Below are positions 19,614 to 29,728 of a stretch of 64,000 bases of DNA, one piece after another; position 1 is the stretch's first letter, and the number at the start of each line of letters is the position of its first letter. The notes under the pieces were generated by a model. The model was given only the letters and a program-made list of their open reading frames with translations. It was not told the DNA's origin and did not search any database. Origin of the DNA: an uncultured Methylomirabilota bacterium (GTDB lineage Bacteria; Methylomirabilota; Methylomirabilia; Methylomirabilales; 2-02-FULL-66-22); contig OY970067.1 of the NCBI GenBank assembly GCA_963705305.1, positions 2,848,001 through 2,912,000 on the forward strand. The letters run 5' to 3'. The translations under genes were made by a program, and so were the position numbers.

Positions 19614-20078
19614 AATACGCGGAGAGCGGAGATAGCTGTCGGCGCCGGGCTTCGGGAGTCGCCGGCGCGGCGGCCGCCGGGGCAGGGGAAGACGAGTCGG
19701 GATATGGGGGGGGCTTCGGTCCGTGGGGAACGAGCCGGGGCTCTTCACCGTTCTTCCCGAGGGCGCCCGGGTTCGGCTCTTCGTGCGCTCCCGCCACCCC
19801 GGCCCCTCGCTTCCGTGGGACGACGCCGACATGGTCTCTCCAGGCTTCTCTGCTCCTGCGACAGCCGCGGCGGCATCCGCTGCCGTACGGCTGCTCTCCC
19901 CGAGTGATCTGCGATTCCGCGAAGGATCCCCTGCTCCACGCCTCTGGATGTGGCATGTTGTGACAATGGAGGGGTGCTGCCTCGACTCTTGGATGAGGCA
20001 GGAACCAACCGCAACGCCTGTGGACGGAACCGGCGAGGCCGTCGGCCAAGAGAAGGGCCTGATGGTTTGAGAGGTCCC

Positions 20079-21452
20079 ATGGCTCTCCGTATCTTCGGTC
20101 GTCGAGGCCGCTGGGGCGGGGCCTGTCGAAGACGCATCTTGATGGCTTCCTTGACGGGGCTCCTGTCGGCCGCGACTGCGCTGGCAGGCCCCTTCACCGA
20201 GCCGGCAGGGACCGCCCGGGCTCCCCTGCGCCTCCGGGCACCGGCCATTCCCGTGACCGCCGGTCTCGTCGCGCAGAAGGCGATCCCGCTCGAAATCCAG
20301 GCGATCGGCACGGTGCAGGCCTACTCCTCGGTGACGGTCGAGAGCCAGGTGGACGGACGGATCGGTCAGGTGCACTTCACCCAGGGGCAGGAGGTGAAGC
20401 AGGGGGACCTCCTGTTCACGCTGGACCAGCAGCCCTTCCAGGCCGCCCTGGCTCAGGCCCAGGCCAACCTGGGGCGGGACACCGCCCAGCTCCAGCAGGC
20501 CGAGGCGGCGGTCGGGCAGACGCTTGCGGCGCACACCCAGGCCGAGGCCGACCTGGCACGCGATCAGGCGCAGCTGGAGTATGCCAGGGCGGAGGATCGC
20601 CGCTACCAGGAGCTGATCGTCGAAGGGGCCATCTCGAAGGAGCAGTACGGCCAGGTCCACGCCGCGGCCCTGGCGGCGGAGGCGACGATCCGGGCGGATC
20701 AGGCCGCCATCGACAATGCCGCGGCCTCCATCCGGGCGGCCCGGGCCACCGTGGAAAGCGCCCGGGCGGCCGTGAAAGCCGACCAGGCGGCGGTGGAGAC
20801 GGCCCGCATCCAGCTGGGATACACGCTCATCCGGGCCCCCATGGACGGCCGGACGGGGAGTCTGCTGGTCTTTCCGGGGAGCGTGGTCAAGGGGAGCACG
20901 ACCAACCTGGTGGTGATCAACCAGGTCCATCCGATCTACGTCTCCTTCTCCGTCCCGGAGCAGGACCTGGCGGAGGTGCGGAAGTTCCGAGCCGCGGGGG
21001 ATCCGGCGGTGGCGACCTATCTCGCCGGGGAGGCCCGGCCCGCTGCATACGGGACCCTGACGTTCATCGACAACACGGTGAACGCGACCACCGGGACGAT
21101 CCAGCTCATGGCGACCTTCCCGAACCGGAATGATTCGCTCTGGCCGGGACAGTTCGTCAGCGTGGTCCTCACCCTCGCCATCCAACCCCACCGCACCGTG
21201 GTGCCATCCCAGGCAGTCCAGATCGGGCAGCAAGGATCTTACGTGTTCGTCATCAAGCCGAACCGCACCGTGGAGGTCCGCCCGGTCGTGGTCGGACAGA
21301 CACTGGAGTCGGAGACGGTCGTGGAGCAGGGTCTCCACCCCGGCGAGCAGGTGGTGACCGACGGTCAGTCGCGCCTCTATCCCGGTGCGCACGTTGAGAT
21401 CAAGGCGTCGCTCGGCGGCGGGGCGCCCGCCGGTGCCGGAGGGATCCCATGA
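20079..21452 (+). CDS. RND efflux periplasmic adaptor (MdtA-like) with long coiled coil
   Basis: Lipoyl half-motifs (GQEVKQGDLLFTLD; IRAPMDGRTG), IDNTVNATTGTI, LWPGQFV; start uncertain. Confidence 0.9.
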   Translation: MALRIFGRRGRWGGACRRRILMASLTGLLSAATALAGPFTEPAGTARAPLRLRAPAIPVTAGLVAQKAIPLEIQAIGTVQAYSSVTVESQVDGRIGQVHFTQGQEVKQGDLLFTLDQQPFQAALAQAQANLGRDTAQLQQAEAAVGQTLAAHTQAEADLARDQAQLEYARAEDRRYQELIVEGAISKEQYGQVHAAALAAEATIRADQAAIDNAAASIRAARATVESARAAVKADQAAVETARIQLGYTLIRAPMDGRTGSLLVFPGSVVKGSTTNLVVINQVHPIYVSFSVPEQDLAEVRKFRAAGDPAVATYLAGEARPAAYGTLTFIDNTVNATTGTIQLMATFPNRNDSLWPGQFVSVVLTLAIQPHRTVVPSQAVQIGQQGSYVFVIKPNRTVEVRPVVVGQTLESETVVEQGLHPGEQVVTDGQSRLYPGAHVEIKASLGGGAPAGAGGIP

Positions 21453-24400
21453 GCATTCCCTCCCTGTTCATCCGCCGTCCCGTCATGACCACCCTGGTGA
21501 TGCTGGGAATCCTGTTCTTCGGCATCGTGGCGTTCCGGATGCTGCCGGTGAGCGACCTGCCCAGCGTGGATTTTCCCACCATCCTGGTTTCCGCCAGCCT
21601 GCCGGGGGCCAGCCCGGAGACCATGGCCTCCGCGGTGGCAACCCCCCTGGAGCGGCAGTTCTCGACCATCGCCGGCCTGAACAACATGAGTTCCACCAGC
21701 GCCCTGGGGACCACGCAGATCACGCTCCAGTTCGATCTGAGCCGGAACATCGACGCGGCCGCCCAGGACGTCCAGGCGGCCATCTCCGCGGCGGGGAACC
21801 AGCTGCCCCCGGGCATGCCCATGCCCCCGACCTACAGCAAGGTGAACCCGGCCGAGGCCCCCATCCTGTACATCGCCGTGCAGTCGCCGACCCTTCCCAT
21901 CTCCACCGTGGACGAGTACAGCGAGACCCTCCTGGCCGAGCGGATCTCCACGGTCAGCGGTGTCTCCCAGGTTGCCGTCTTCGGCTCGCAGAAGTACGCC
22001 GTTAGGGTCCAGGTGGACCCCCGGCTGTTGGCCTCGCAGGGGATCGGCATCGACCAGGTCGCCGCGGCCCTCGCCCACGGGAACGTTAACCTGCCCACGG
22101 GGAGCCTGTCGGGGACCAGCCAGGCCTTCACCCTGCAGGCGACGGGACAGCTCACCGACGCGGCGGCGTACCGCCCTCTCATCGTGGCGTACCGGAACGG
22201 GGCGCCGGTACGGCTGCAGCAGCTGGGGCGGGTGCTCGACAGCGTGCAGGATGACCAGGTGGCGGCCTGGCACGATAACGTCCGGGCGGTGGTCCTGGCC
22301 ATCGAGCGACAGCCGGGTACCAATACCGTCGGGGTCGTGGACGCCATCCGGCAGATCCTGCCCAGCCTGCGCCAAGAGATCCCGGCATCGGTCCAGATGC
22401 AGGTCCTCTACGACCGGTCGCAGACCATTCGCGCCTCGGTCGCCGACGTGGAGTTCACCCTCCTCCTCACCGTCTGCCTGGTCGTCCTCGTGATCTTCCT
22501 GTTCCTGCGAAACGCCTCGGCGACGATCATCCCCAGCCTGGCCCTCCCCATGTCCATCGTGACCACGTTTGCCATCATGTACCTCCTGGGCTACAGCCTG
22601 GACAACCTCTCCCTCATGGCGCTGACCCTGTCGGTCGGCTTCGTCGTGGACGACGCCATCGTCATGCTGGAGAACATCGTGCGCCACCTGGAGATGGGAA
22701 AGGGGGTCATGCAGGCGGCCTTGGATGGATCCCGCGAGATCGGGTTCACCATCGTCTCCATGACCCTCTCGCTGACCGCCGTCTTCATCCCGGTCCTGTT
22801 TCTGGGGGGGATCGTGGGCCGCCTGTTTCGCGAATTTGCCGTAACCGTGGCGGCCGCCATCCTGGTTTCCGGCTTCGTCTCCCTGAGCCTCACGCCCATG
22901 CTGGCCAGCCGGTTCCTGCGACAGGCCGGCGCCCAGCGGCACGGCCGGCTATATCTGTTGGGGGAGCGGGGATTCGACGCGATGCTGGCGGCGTATCGCC
23001 GCACGCTGGAATGGGCGCTGGAGCAGCGCCGGACTATCGTGGCCGTTTTCGCTCTCCTTCTGGTGGGCACGGTCTATCTCTTCGCCGTGGTGCCGAAGGG
23101 CTTTCTCCCCAGCGAGGACAACGGCCAGATCTTCGCCTTCACCCAGGCAAGCGAGGGGATCTCCTTTGACGACATGGTCCGGCACCAACAGGCGGTCACG
23201 GACATCATCGCCAAGGATCCGAACGTGGGCTCCTTCTTCTCGGCCGTGGGGGTGAGCGGGTCCTCCGCCACCCTCAACATTGGCCGGGCCTTCATCCGCC
23301 TGAAACCCCGCTCGGAGCGGCTGCCGGTGGACGAGGTGATCCAGGAGCTCAGGCCCAAGCTGGCGCGCGTGCCAGGGATGCAGGTCTTTCTCCAGAACCC
23401 TCCCACCATCCAGCTCGGCGGCCGTCTGACCGAGAGCCAATACCAGTACACCCTGCAGGGCCCCGACACGGCGCAGCTTTTCCGGCTGGCTCCCGTACTC
23501 GAATCCAAGATCGCAACCCTGCCGGGCGTGCAGGATGTGACCAGCGACCTCCAGATCCGCGATCCGCAGGTGCTCGTCCAGATCAACCGGGACAAGGCCT
23601 CGGCCCTGGGGGTGACGGCGGATCAGATCGAGACCGCCCTGGCGGACGCCTACGGGTCGCAGCAAGTCTCGACGATCTACACTCCGACCAACGAGTACTG
23701 GGTCATCCTGGAGGTCTTGCCCCGCTACCAGCTGGATCCGGCCGCCCTCTCCGATCTCTACATCCAGTCGTCGACGGGCCAGCTGGTTCCGCTGGGCGCC
23801 GTGGCCACTCTCACCCGGGGTGTCGGGCCCCTGACGATCAATCACCAGGGCCAGCTCCCCGCCGTGACCATCTCCTTCAACCTGAAGCCCGGCGTCGCCC
23901 TGGGGACGATCGTCGACGAGATCCAGACGCAGGCGCGATCCATGCTGCCGGCCACGATCATCGGGAGCTTCCAGGGGAGCGCCCAGGCTTTCCAGTCCTC
24001 GCTCCGGGATCTCGGCCTCCTCCTGATCATGGCGATCATGGTCATCTTCATCGTCCTGGGGATCCTCTACGAGAGCTTCGTTCATCCGTTGACGATCCTG
24101 TCGGGCCTGCCCGCCGCGGGGGTGGGGGCCCTGGCGACGCTCCTGCTCTTTCACGTGGATCTGAATATCTATTCCTTCATCGGGGTGATCATGTTGGTGG
24201 GCCTCGTCAAGAAGAACGCCATCATGATGATCGACTTCGCCCTGGAGGCCGAACGTCAGGGCAAGAGCCCGCACGACGCCATCTACGAAGGGTGCCTCCT
24301 GCGCTTCCGCCCCATCATGATGACGACCATGGCCGCCCTGATGGCCACCCTTCCGATCGCTTTCGGAACCGGGCAGGGGGCGGAATCGCGTCGGCCGCTC

Positions 24401-24577
24401 GGGCTTGCGGTAGTGGGAGGATTGCTGGTCTCGCAGCTGTTGACGTTGTATATTACCCCCGTCATCTACACCTACCTGGACGCCTTCCGCGAGTGGGGCA
24501 AGGGACATCTCCTGTGGCTGCGACCCGCACCGGCGGGCACGCCCGTGCCGGACCTGGACTCGCGCGAGGGAAAGTGA
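21449..24577 (+). CDS. RND efflux permease (MdtB/MdtC-like)
   Basis: 1042 aa; FIRRPV, GFVVDDAIVMLEN, GLVKKNAIMMIDFA, RFRPIMMTT. Confidence 0.95.
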   Translation: MSIPSLFIRRPVMTTLVMLGILFFGIVAFRMLPVSDLPSVDFPTILVSASLPGASPETMASAVATPLERQFSTIAGLNNMSSTSALGTTQITLQFDLSRNIDAAAQDVQAAISAAGNQLPPGMPMPPTYSKVNPAEAPILYIAVQSPTLPISTVDEYSETLLAERISTVSGVSQVAVFGSQKYAVRVQVDPRLLASQGIGIDQVAAALAHGNVNLPTGSLSGTSQAFTLQATGQLTDAAAYRPLIVAYRNGAPVRLQQLGRVLDSVQDDQVAAWHDNVRAVVLAIERQPGTNTVGVVDAIRQILPSLRQEIPASVQMQVLYDRSQTIRASVADVEFTLLLTVCLVVLVIFLFLRNASATIIPSLALPMSIVTTFAIMYLLGYSLDNLSLMALTLSVGFVVDDAIVMLENIVRHLEMGKGVMQAALDGSREIGFTIVSMTLSLTAVFIPVLFLGGIVGRLFREFAVTVAAAILVSGFVSLSLTPMLASRFLRQAGAQRHGRLYLLGERGFDAMLAAYRRTLEWALEQRRTIVAVFALLLVGTVYLFAVVPKGFLPSEDNGQIFAFTQASEGISFDDMVRHQQAVTDIIAKDPNVGSFFSAVGVSGSSATLNIGRAFIRLKPRSERLPVDEVIQELRPKLARVPGMQVFLQNPPTIQLGGRLTESQYQYTLQGPDTAQLFRLAPVLESKIATLPGVQDVTSDLQIRDPQVLVQINRDKASALGVTADQIETALADAYGSQQVSTIYTPTNEYWVILEVLPRYQLDPAALSDLYIQSSTGQLVPLGAVATLTRGVGPLTINHQGQLPAVTISFNLKPGVALGTIVDEIQTQARSMLPATIIGSFQGSAQAFQSSLRDLGLLLIMAIMVIFIVLGILYESFVHPLTILSGLPAAGVGALATLLLFHVDLNIYSFIGVIMLVGLVKKNAIMMIDFALEAERQGKSPHDAIYEGCLLRFRPIMMTTMAALMATLPIAFGTGQGAESRRPLGLAVVGGLLVSQLLTLYITPVIYTYLDAFREWGKGHLLWLRPAPAGTPVPDLDSREGK

Positions 24578-24773
24578 GGGATAGGGGAATCGGGAAGGGC
24601 GCGCAGGCGCGAATCAGGCAGCCTCCTGCCCGTGCGGACTCCTGCGTCTGGGGCGTGCCAACCTGGTCGGGGCGATCCGCTCTCCGATGGGACCGTGCTC
24701 GGTCAGGTGCAGCCGGTCTCTGGGTGTGTGCCCGCTGGGCCGGGTCGCGCGAATCCCGAGGAAGACGCGAGAC

Positions 24774-26339
24774 ATGCCACAGGAATCCAACGCCTCTATT
24801 CCCGCGATCAACCCATGGGTCATCGCGTCCGCGGTGATGCTGGCCACCTTCATGGAGGTGCTGGACACCACCGTTGTCAACGTGTCGCTGCCCCACATCG
24901 CCGGGAGCCTCTCGGTCAGCGTGGATGAGGCCACCTGGGCGCTCACATCCTACCTGGTGGCCAACGCCATCGTCCTGCCCATCACCGGCTGGCTGTCCAA
25001 CTATTTCGGCCGCAAGCGGCTACTCATCGCCGCGGTTACCGGATTCACTGCCGCGTCCTTTCTCTGCGGCCTGGCGCCCAGCCTGGCGTTTCTGGTCATC
25101 TTCCGGGTCGTCCAGGGTGCCTTCGGGGGTGCGCTCCAGCCCATCTCGCAGGCGGTCATGCTGGAAGCGTTCCCGCCCCGGGATCGCGGGAAAGCCATGG
25201 GATTCTGGGGATTGGGCATCGTGGTGGCGCCCATGCTGGGGCCGGTCCTGGGCGGCTACCTCACCGACGTCTATAGCTGGCGCTGGGTGTTCTACATCAA
25301 CATTCCCGTCGGCATCTTGTCCTTCTTCATGACTCAGCTGTTCGTCTTCGATCCTCCCTACATTCGCCGGCGATCGGCGGGGATCGATTACTGGGGCATC
25401 GGCATGCTGGCGGTGGGGATCGGCTCCCTTCAGGTCGTTCTGGACAGGGGACAGGAGGCGGACTGGTTCGGATCACGCTGGATCACCAATCTTGCGGTTC
25501 TGTCGGCGGCGGCATTGATTCTGTTCCTGGCACACGAGATGATCACTCGGCATCCGGTCGTGAACCTCCGGGTGTTCAAGCTCCGTACGTACAGTGTCGG
25601 CATCGGGCTGATGACGGTCCTGGGATTCGTTCTGTACGGGACGCTGGTGCTCGTGCCCATCATGTTGCAGACCCTCATGGGCTACACGGCGCTGGAGGCT
25701 GGATATGCGATGTTTCCCCGCGGCCTGGGGTCGTTCATCGCCATGCCCATCGTCGGTATCATCACGGCCCGGTTCGATCCGCGGAAGCTCCTGACACTGG
25801 GATTTGCAGGAGGCGCCCTGTCGCTCTTCCAGCTCTCCTGGCTGAACCTGAATGCCGGATACTGGGATATTTTCTGGCCGCAATTCATCCAGGGTGTCGC
25901 CTTGGCACTCCTGTTCGTTCCCCTCACCACGGTGACCATGGACCCCGTGCCGAAGGAGGAGATGGGCAACGGCACCAGCATCTTCAACCTGGTGCGCAAC
26001 ATCGGGGGCAGCATGGGAATCGCGGGCGCCACGACCATCCTTGCCCGGGCCACTCAGGTCTACATCAACATCCTGGGCGTCCACGTCACCCCCTATAGCT
26101 TGCGCACGCAACGGGCCTTGGGGGGCCTGCGCACATATTTCCAGGGTCATGGATCGGATCCGGTCACGGCGTCGCAGCAGGCTTATTCTGCGCTGTTCGG
26201 CATGGTCCAAAGCCAGGCCTCCATTCTGTCCTTTCTGCAGTCCTACCGGGTGCTCGGGATTCTCTTCCTCGTCGCCATGCCCCTCATTTTCTTCCTGGGG
26301 AAGCCGGCCCATCAAGAGAAGCGGGCCGCTCTTCACTAG
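24774..26339 (+). CDS. DHA2-family (EmrB/QacA) MFS efflux permease
   Basis: MEVLDTTVVNVSLPHI, APMLGPVLGG, WRWVFYINIPVG, RNIGGSMG. Confidence 0.93.
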   Translation: MPQESNASIPAINPWVIASAVMLATFMEVLDTTVVNVSLPHIAGSLSVSVDEATWALTSYLVANAIVLPITGWLSNYFGRKRLLIAAVTGFTAASFLCGLAPSLAFLVIFRVVQGAFGGALQPISQAVMLEAFPPRDRGKAMGFWGLGIVVAPMLGPVLGGYLTDVYSWRWVFYINIPVGILSFFMTQLFVFDPPYIRRRSAGIDYWGIGMLAVGIGSLQVVLDRGQEADWFGSRWITNLAVLSAAALILFLAHEMITRHPVVNLRVFKLRTYSVGIGLMTVLGFVLYGTLVLVPIMLQTLMGYTALEAGYAMFPRGLGSFIAMPIVGIITARFDPRKLLTLGFAGGALSLFQLSWLNLNAGYWDIFWPQFIQGVALALLFVPLTTVTMDPVPKEEMGNGTSIFNLVRNIGGSMGIAGATTILARATQVYINILGVHVTPYSLRTQRALGGLRTYFQGHGSDPVTASQQAYSALFGMVQSQASILSFLQSYRVLGILFLVAMPLIFFLGKPAHQEKRAALH

Positions 26340-26586
26340 TCTCCCGCCCGTAAAGATCGTGCGATACGTTGGTTGCCTCCGGGGCTCGGATGTGCGATGC
26401 GAACCATCGGGACGGCATGCGAGCCCGCGTTCTTCACGAGCAGTGCTCGTGACTATTGGGGGAGTGACCAAAATCATTGGATCCTCGGGACTGACCCGTC
26501 CTTTGTGAATAATACCGGCTGGCCTCTTGCCCCCCGTCCGGACGGCGGCCGCGCTGCGCCGCACATGTATCCTCCTGAAACAACAC

Positions 26587-26790
26587 TGCCAAAAGTATCC
26601 ACGGCCCTGGCCCTCTTGAAATGACGGGAGGTTAGCCCTGCCGCGGAGCCATCCATGTCTCTCGCGGATCGGGCGGTCCCGCCATGGCCGACCGGGCACA
26701 TCCGCCCTCCTGCGACTGGACCCTCGTCTTTTCAGCCAGTTGGCGCGGGGGGAGGCGGCCGGGAGGTGTCGGCACGCCGAATGCCTATAT
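26587..26790 (+). promoter_or_regulatory. Sigma54-type promoter 2 with the same upstream site and an IHF-like site
   Basis: TGCCAAAAGTATCCAC 26587-26602; TTTCAGCCAGTTG 26730-26742; GGCACG-CCGAAT-GC 26771-26784. Confidence 0.7.
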
Positions 26791-27028
26791 GCCCATCCAG
26801 CCGGAGGCGAGGGCGGAGGAGGCAGGATAGCGGCAGGGGAAGGCGCTGAAGGGTCCCGGGGCGGGCGACCCCTGCGCGCGGACGGTATAGGCCTCCGACC
26901 CTTGCCCCCGGAGAGGTGGAGCGACGAATGCCTTCGGCCCCAGGAGGTGGGCCGGGTCCGCGGCCGGGCGCTGCGGCTGAACAGAACTTCTCCCGAAAGC
27001 GGGGGATAGGGGAAAGGAGCGAGGGGCG

Positions 27029-27229
27029 ATGCGGTATGGTTATTGGTGGATCGAGGCTCTGGCGGGCGTCTATCTGATCATCGCGCCCTACCTGGAGCAT
27101 TTTGCCTCCCAGGAGGCGGCCCTGTACACGGATGTGCTCCTGGGGATCGCCTTGGTGATCTGGGCCCTGGTGGGATTCTACTGGCATACGAGCGAGGAGG
27201 GGCCGAAGAGCCATCCGTCTCGGGCCTGA
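27029..27229 (+). CDS. Small two-TM membrane protein (SPW-repeat-like)
   Basis: W...LAGVYLIIAPYL.. and a second hydrophobic helix; purine-rich RBS. Confidence 0.65.
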   Translation: MRYGYWWIEALAGVYLIIAPYLEHFASQEAALYTDVLLGIALVIWALVGFYWHTSEEGPKSHPSRA

Positions 27230-27581
27230 TTTGCCGGAATGGGGCGGCGACTCGTGTCTGGGACTGGAGGTCGCAAATCCATGAGGGCTCAGCAGGGACA
27301 AGGAACAACCAAGATTGAAGCGACGCTCCACACGACCGTCTCGGCCGTGAAGCAGGAGCTGTAAGTCGAGGGGTCGCGCGCGGCCCCTCCCTCTTGCCGG
27401 ATATGGCCGGCAGGGACGCTCTCGGGGTGTCCGTGATGCCCTGCGCGGCGGGGACTCGTGGCGGACAGGGTTCTTCGGGCCCGTGGAGCCCCGAAGGCTT
27501 CCTCACAGGTCGCCTTCCGCCCGCCGACAGGCTCACGGCATCCCGGGACGACTCTTCACGAGAGGCGAGGAAGGACGGGAG

Positions 27582-28706
27582 ATGAGCCGGCAGACCATAC
27601 GCCTGGGACGCATCCTGGGCATCCGCATCGACCTGGACTACACCTGGTTTCTGGTATTCGCCCTGATCACCTGGACGCTCGCGGCCGGCACCTTCCCGGC
27701 GGAATTCCCACGATGGTCCCCGGCCGAATACTGGGGGGTGGCGGCGGTCACGGCTTGTCTGCTCTTCGGCAGCGTCCTGCTGCATGAGTTGGGGCACTCG
27801 GTGGTGGCAATGCGGTATGGCGTCCCGGTCAAGCGCATCACCCTCTTCCTCTTCGGCGGGGTGGCCCAGATCGCCACCGAGCCGCCCAGTGCCGCGGCGG
27901 AATTCTGGATCGCCGTGGCCGGTCCCGCCGTCAGTGCCTGCCTGCTGCTCGTGTTCGGCGGGCTGGAGGCGTTGATGGCGGGAGTGGGGCCGCTGCTGGC
28001 CCTCACCGAGTATCTCGCCTATATCAACGGCGCCCTCGTCCTTTTCAACCTGATTCCGGGGTTCCCGCTGGACGGCGGCCGCGTGCTCCGAGCGGTCATC
28101 TGGGGGAGCACGCGGAGCCTCCACAAGGCCACGCTCGTGGCCGGCAACATCGGGCGGTTCATCGGCTTCCTGTTCATCCTGCTGGGCGTGTGGCAGGCCT
28201 TGGCGGGCAATCTCATCAACGGAATGTGGATTGCGTTCATCGGCTGGTTCTTGGAGAGAGCAGCGGTGGGGCAGATCCAGCAGCAGAGGCTCCAGGACGT
28301 CTTAAGCGACCACAGGGTGGCGGATGCCATGAACCCACATTACGCCGAGATCTTCGCCGCCGACACGCTCCAGGAGCTGGTGGACCGGCACGTCCTGCTG
28401 AACGGCCGGCGGACCTTCATCGTCAAGCGGGGGGATCGGGTCAGCGGCCTCCTCACCCTGCACCGCGTCAAGGCGCTTCCTCCGGACACCTGGTCCCACA
28501 CGACGGTGGCGGAGGCCATGATTCCCATGGATCAGATGAAGCGCGTGGGGCCCGAGACACAGCTGTGGGCCGCCTTCCAGGAGATGGACCGGGACGGCGT
28601 GAATCAGCTCCCGGTCATGACCGACGGGCAGGTTCTCGGCATGCTCAGCCGCGATGACATCATCTCGGCGCTACGAAGCTGGCGCGTCTTCTCCACGAAC
28701 TCCTGA
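27582..28706 (+). CDS. Site-2 protease (M50) with CBS domain pair
   Basis: HELGH, AGP, FNLIPGFPLDGGR, two CBS repeats. Confidence 0.93.
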   Translation: MSRQTIRLGRILGIRIDLDYTWFLVFALITWTLAAGTFPAEFPRWSPAEYWGVAAVTACLLFGSVLLHELGHSVVAMRYGVPVKRITLFLFGGVAQIATEPPSAAAEFWIAVAGPAVSACLLLVFGGLEALMAGVGPLLALTEYLAYINGALVLFNLIPGFPLDGGRVLRAVIWGSTRSLHKATLVAGNIGRFIGFLFILLGVWQALAGNLINGMWIAFIGWFLERAAVGQIQQQRLQDVLSDHRVADAMNPHYAEIFAADTLQELVDRHVLLNGRRTFIVKRGDRVSGLLTLHRVKALPPDTWSHTTVAEAMIPMDQMKRVGPETQLWAAFQEMDRDGVNQLPVMTDGQVLGMLSRDDIISALRSWRVFSTNS

Positions 28707-29008
28707 CACATCTCCCACCGACGACTCTTTCCCGTCCCGCGGCCGGCCGGAGCGGCTCGCCGCCTCGATCCGCATCCGGAGCGACCTTTCCGGAGGCGTC
28801 CGGCGGCTGGAGGTGGGCTGGCGCAGGATTCCGTGCGGCATCCCGCCCGTGGGATGGTAGAATCGAACACAGGCCGCGGGGCGCCCGGGTGGGGACCGCC
28901 GGGGTCCGGCGGCAGGGGGGGCATCCGATCGCCCGGCGGAGACAGAGGCCGGAAGCACCGGGATGAGGGGCGAGGGAGGGCGAGATCCCTCGCGGAGAGG
29001 AGGAGGCC

Positions 29009-29590
29009 ATGGCTGCCAAGAAGATCCTGATGCTGGTCGGCGACTTCGTCGAGGACTACGAGGTGATGGTTCCCTTCCAGGCCCTGCTGATGGTCGGGCA
29101 CATGGTGCACGCAGTCTGTCCGGGCAAGAAGGCCGGTGAGAGAGTTCGGACGGCCGTTCACGATTTCGAGGGGGATCAGACCTACAGCGAAAAGCCCGGC
29201 CACCAGTTCGCGCTGAATGCCACCTTCGAAGAGGTGAAGGCGGAAGGGTATGACGCACTGGTCATTCCGGGCGGGCGTGCGCCCGAGTACATCCGCCTGA
29301 ACCCGAAGGTCCTGGAGTTCGTCCGGCATTTCGCAAAGGCCAACAAGCCCATCGCCGCGATTTGTCACGGCGCCCAGGTCCTGGCGGCCGCCGGGGTGCT
29401 GGCGGGGAAGCACTGCTCTGCCTATCCGGCCGTGGGGCCGGACGTGACGCGCGCCGGGGGCACGTACATGGACATTCCCGTGGATCAGGCCCACGTGGAC
29501 GGGACGCTGGTGACGGCGCCGGCCTGGCCGGCGCATCCCGTCTGGCTGGCCAGGTTTCTGGAGGTGCTGGGGACCAAGATTCAGCCGTAA
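29009..29590 (+). CDS. DJ-1/PfpI family protein
   Basis: [30 protein letters not shown]. Confidence 0.93.
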   Translation: MAAKKILMLVGDFVEDYEVMVPFQALLMVGHMVHAVCPGKKAGERVRTAVHDFEGDQTYSEKPGHQFALNATFEEVKAEGYDALVIPGGRAPEYIRLNPKVLEFVRHFAKANKPIAAICHGAQVLAAAGVLAGKHCSAYPAVGPDVTRAGGTYMDIPVDQAHVDGTLVTAPAWPAHPVWLARFLEVLGTKIQP

Positions 29591-29728
29591 CCGCACGACG
29601 CCCGGCCCGGGGTGCGCGGGGCGGCCAACACCCGGCAGACGGCCTGCCGACAAAGGGGCTTGCGGTCAGCCGGGTGTTCTTCTATAACAGCATCGCTGCG
29701 TTGGCGTCTGCCGATCGGTGGAGGGGGT

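Noticed and set aside
19723..20070. 115-aa ORF between the ferritin-like gene and the RND adaptor
   Set aside because: No RBS, motif or clear codon bias that I can support
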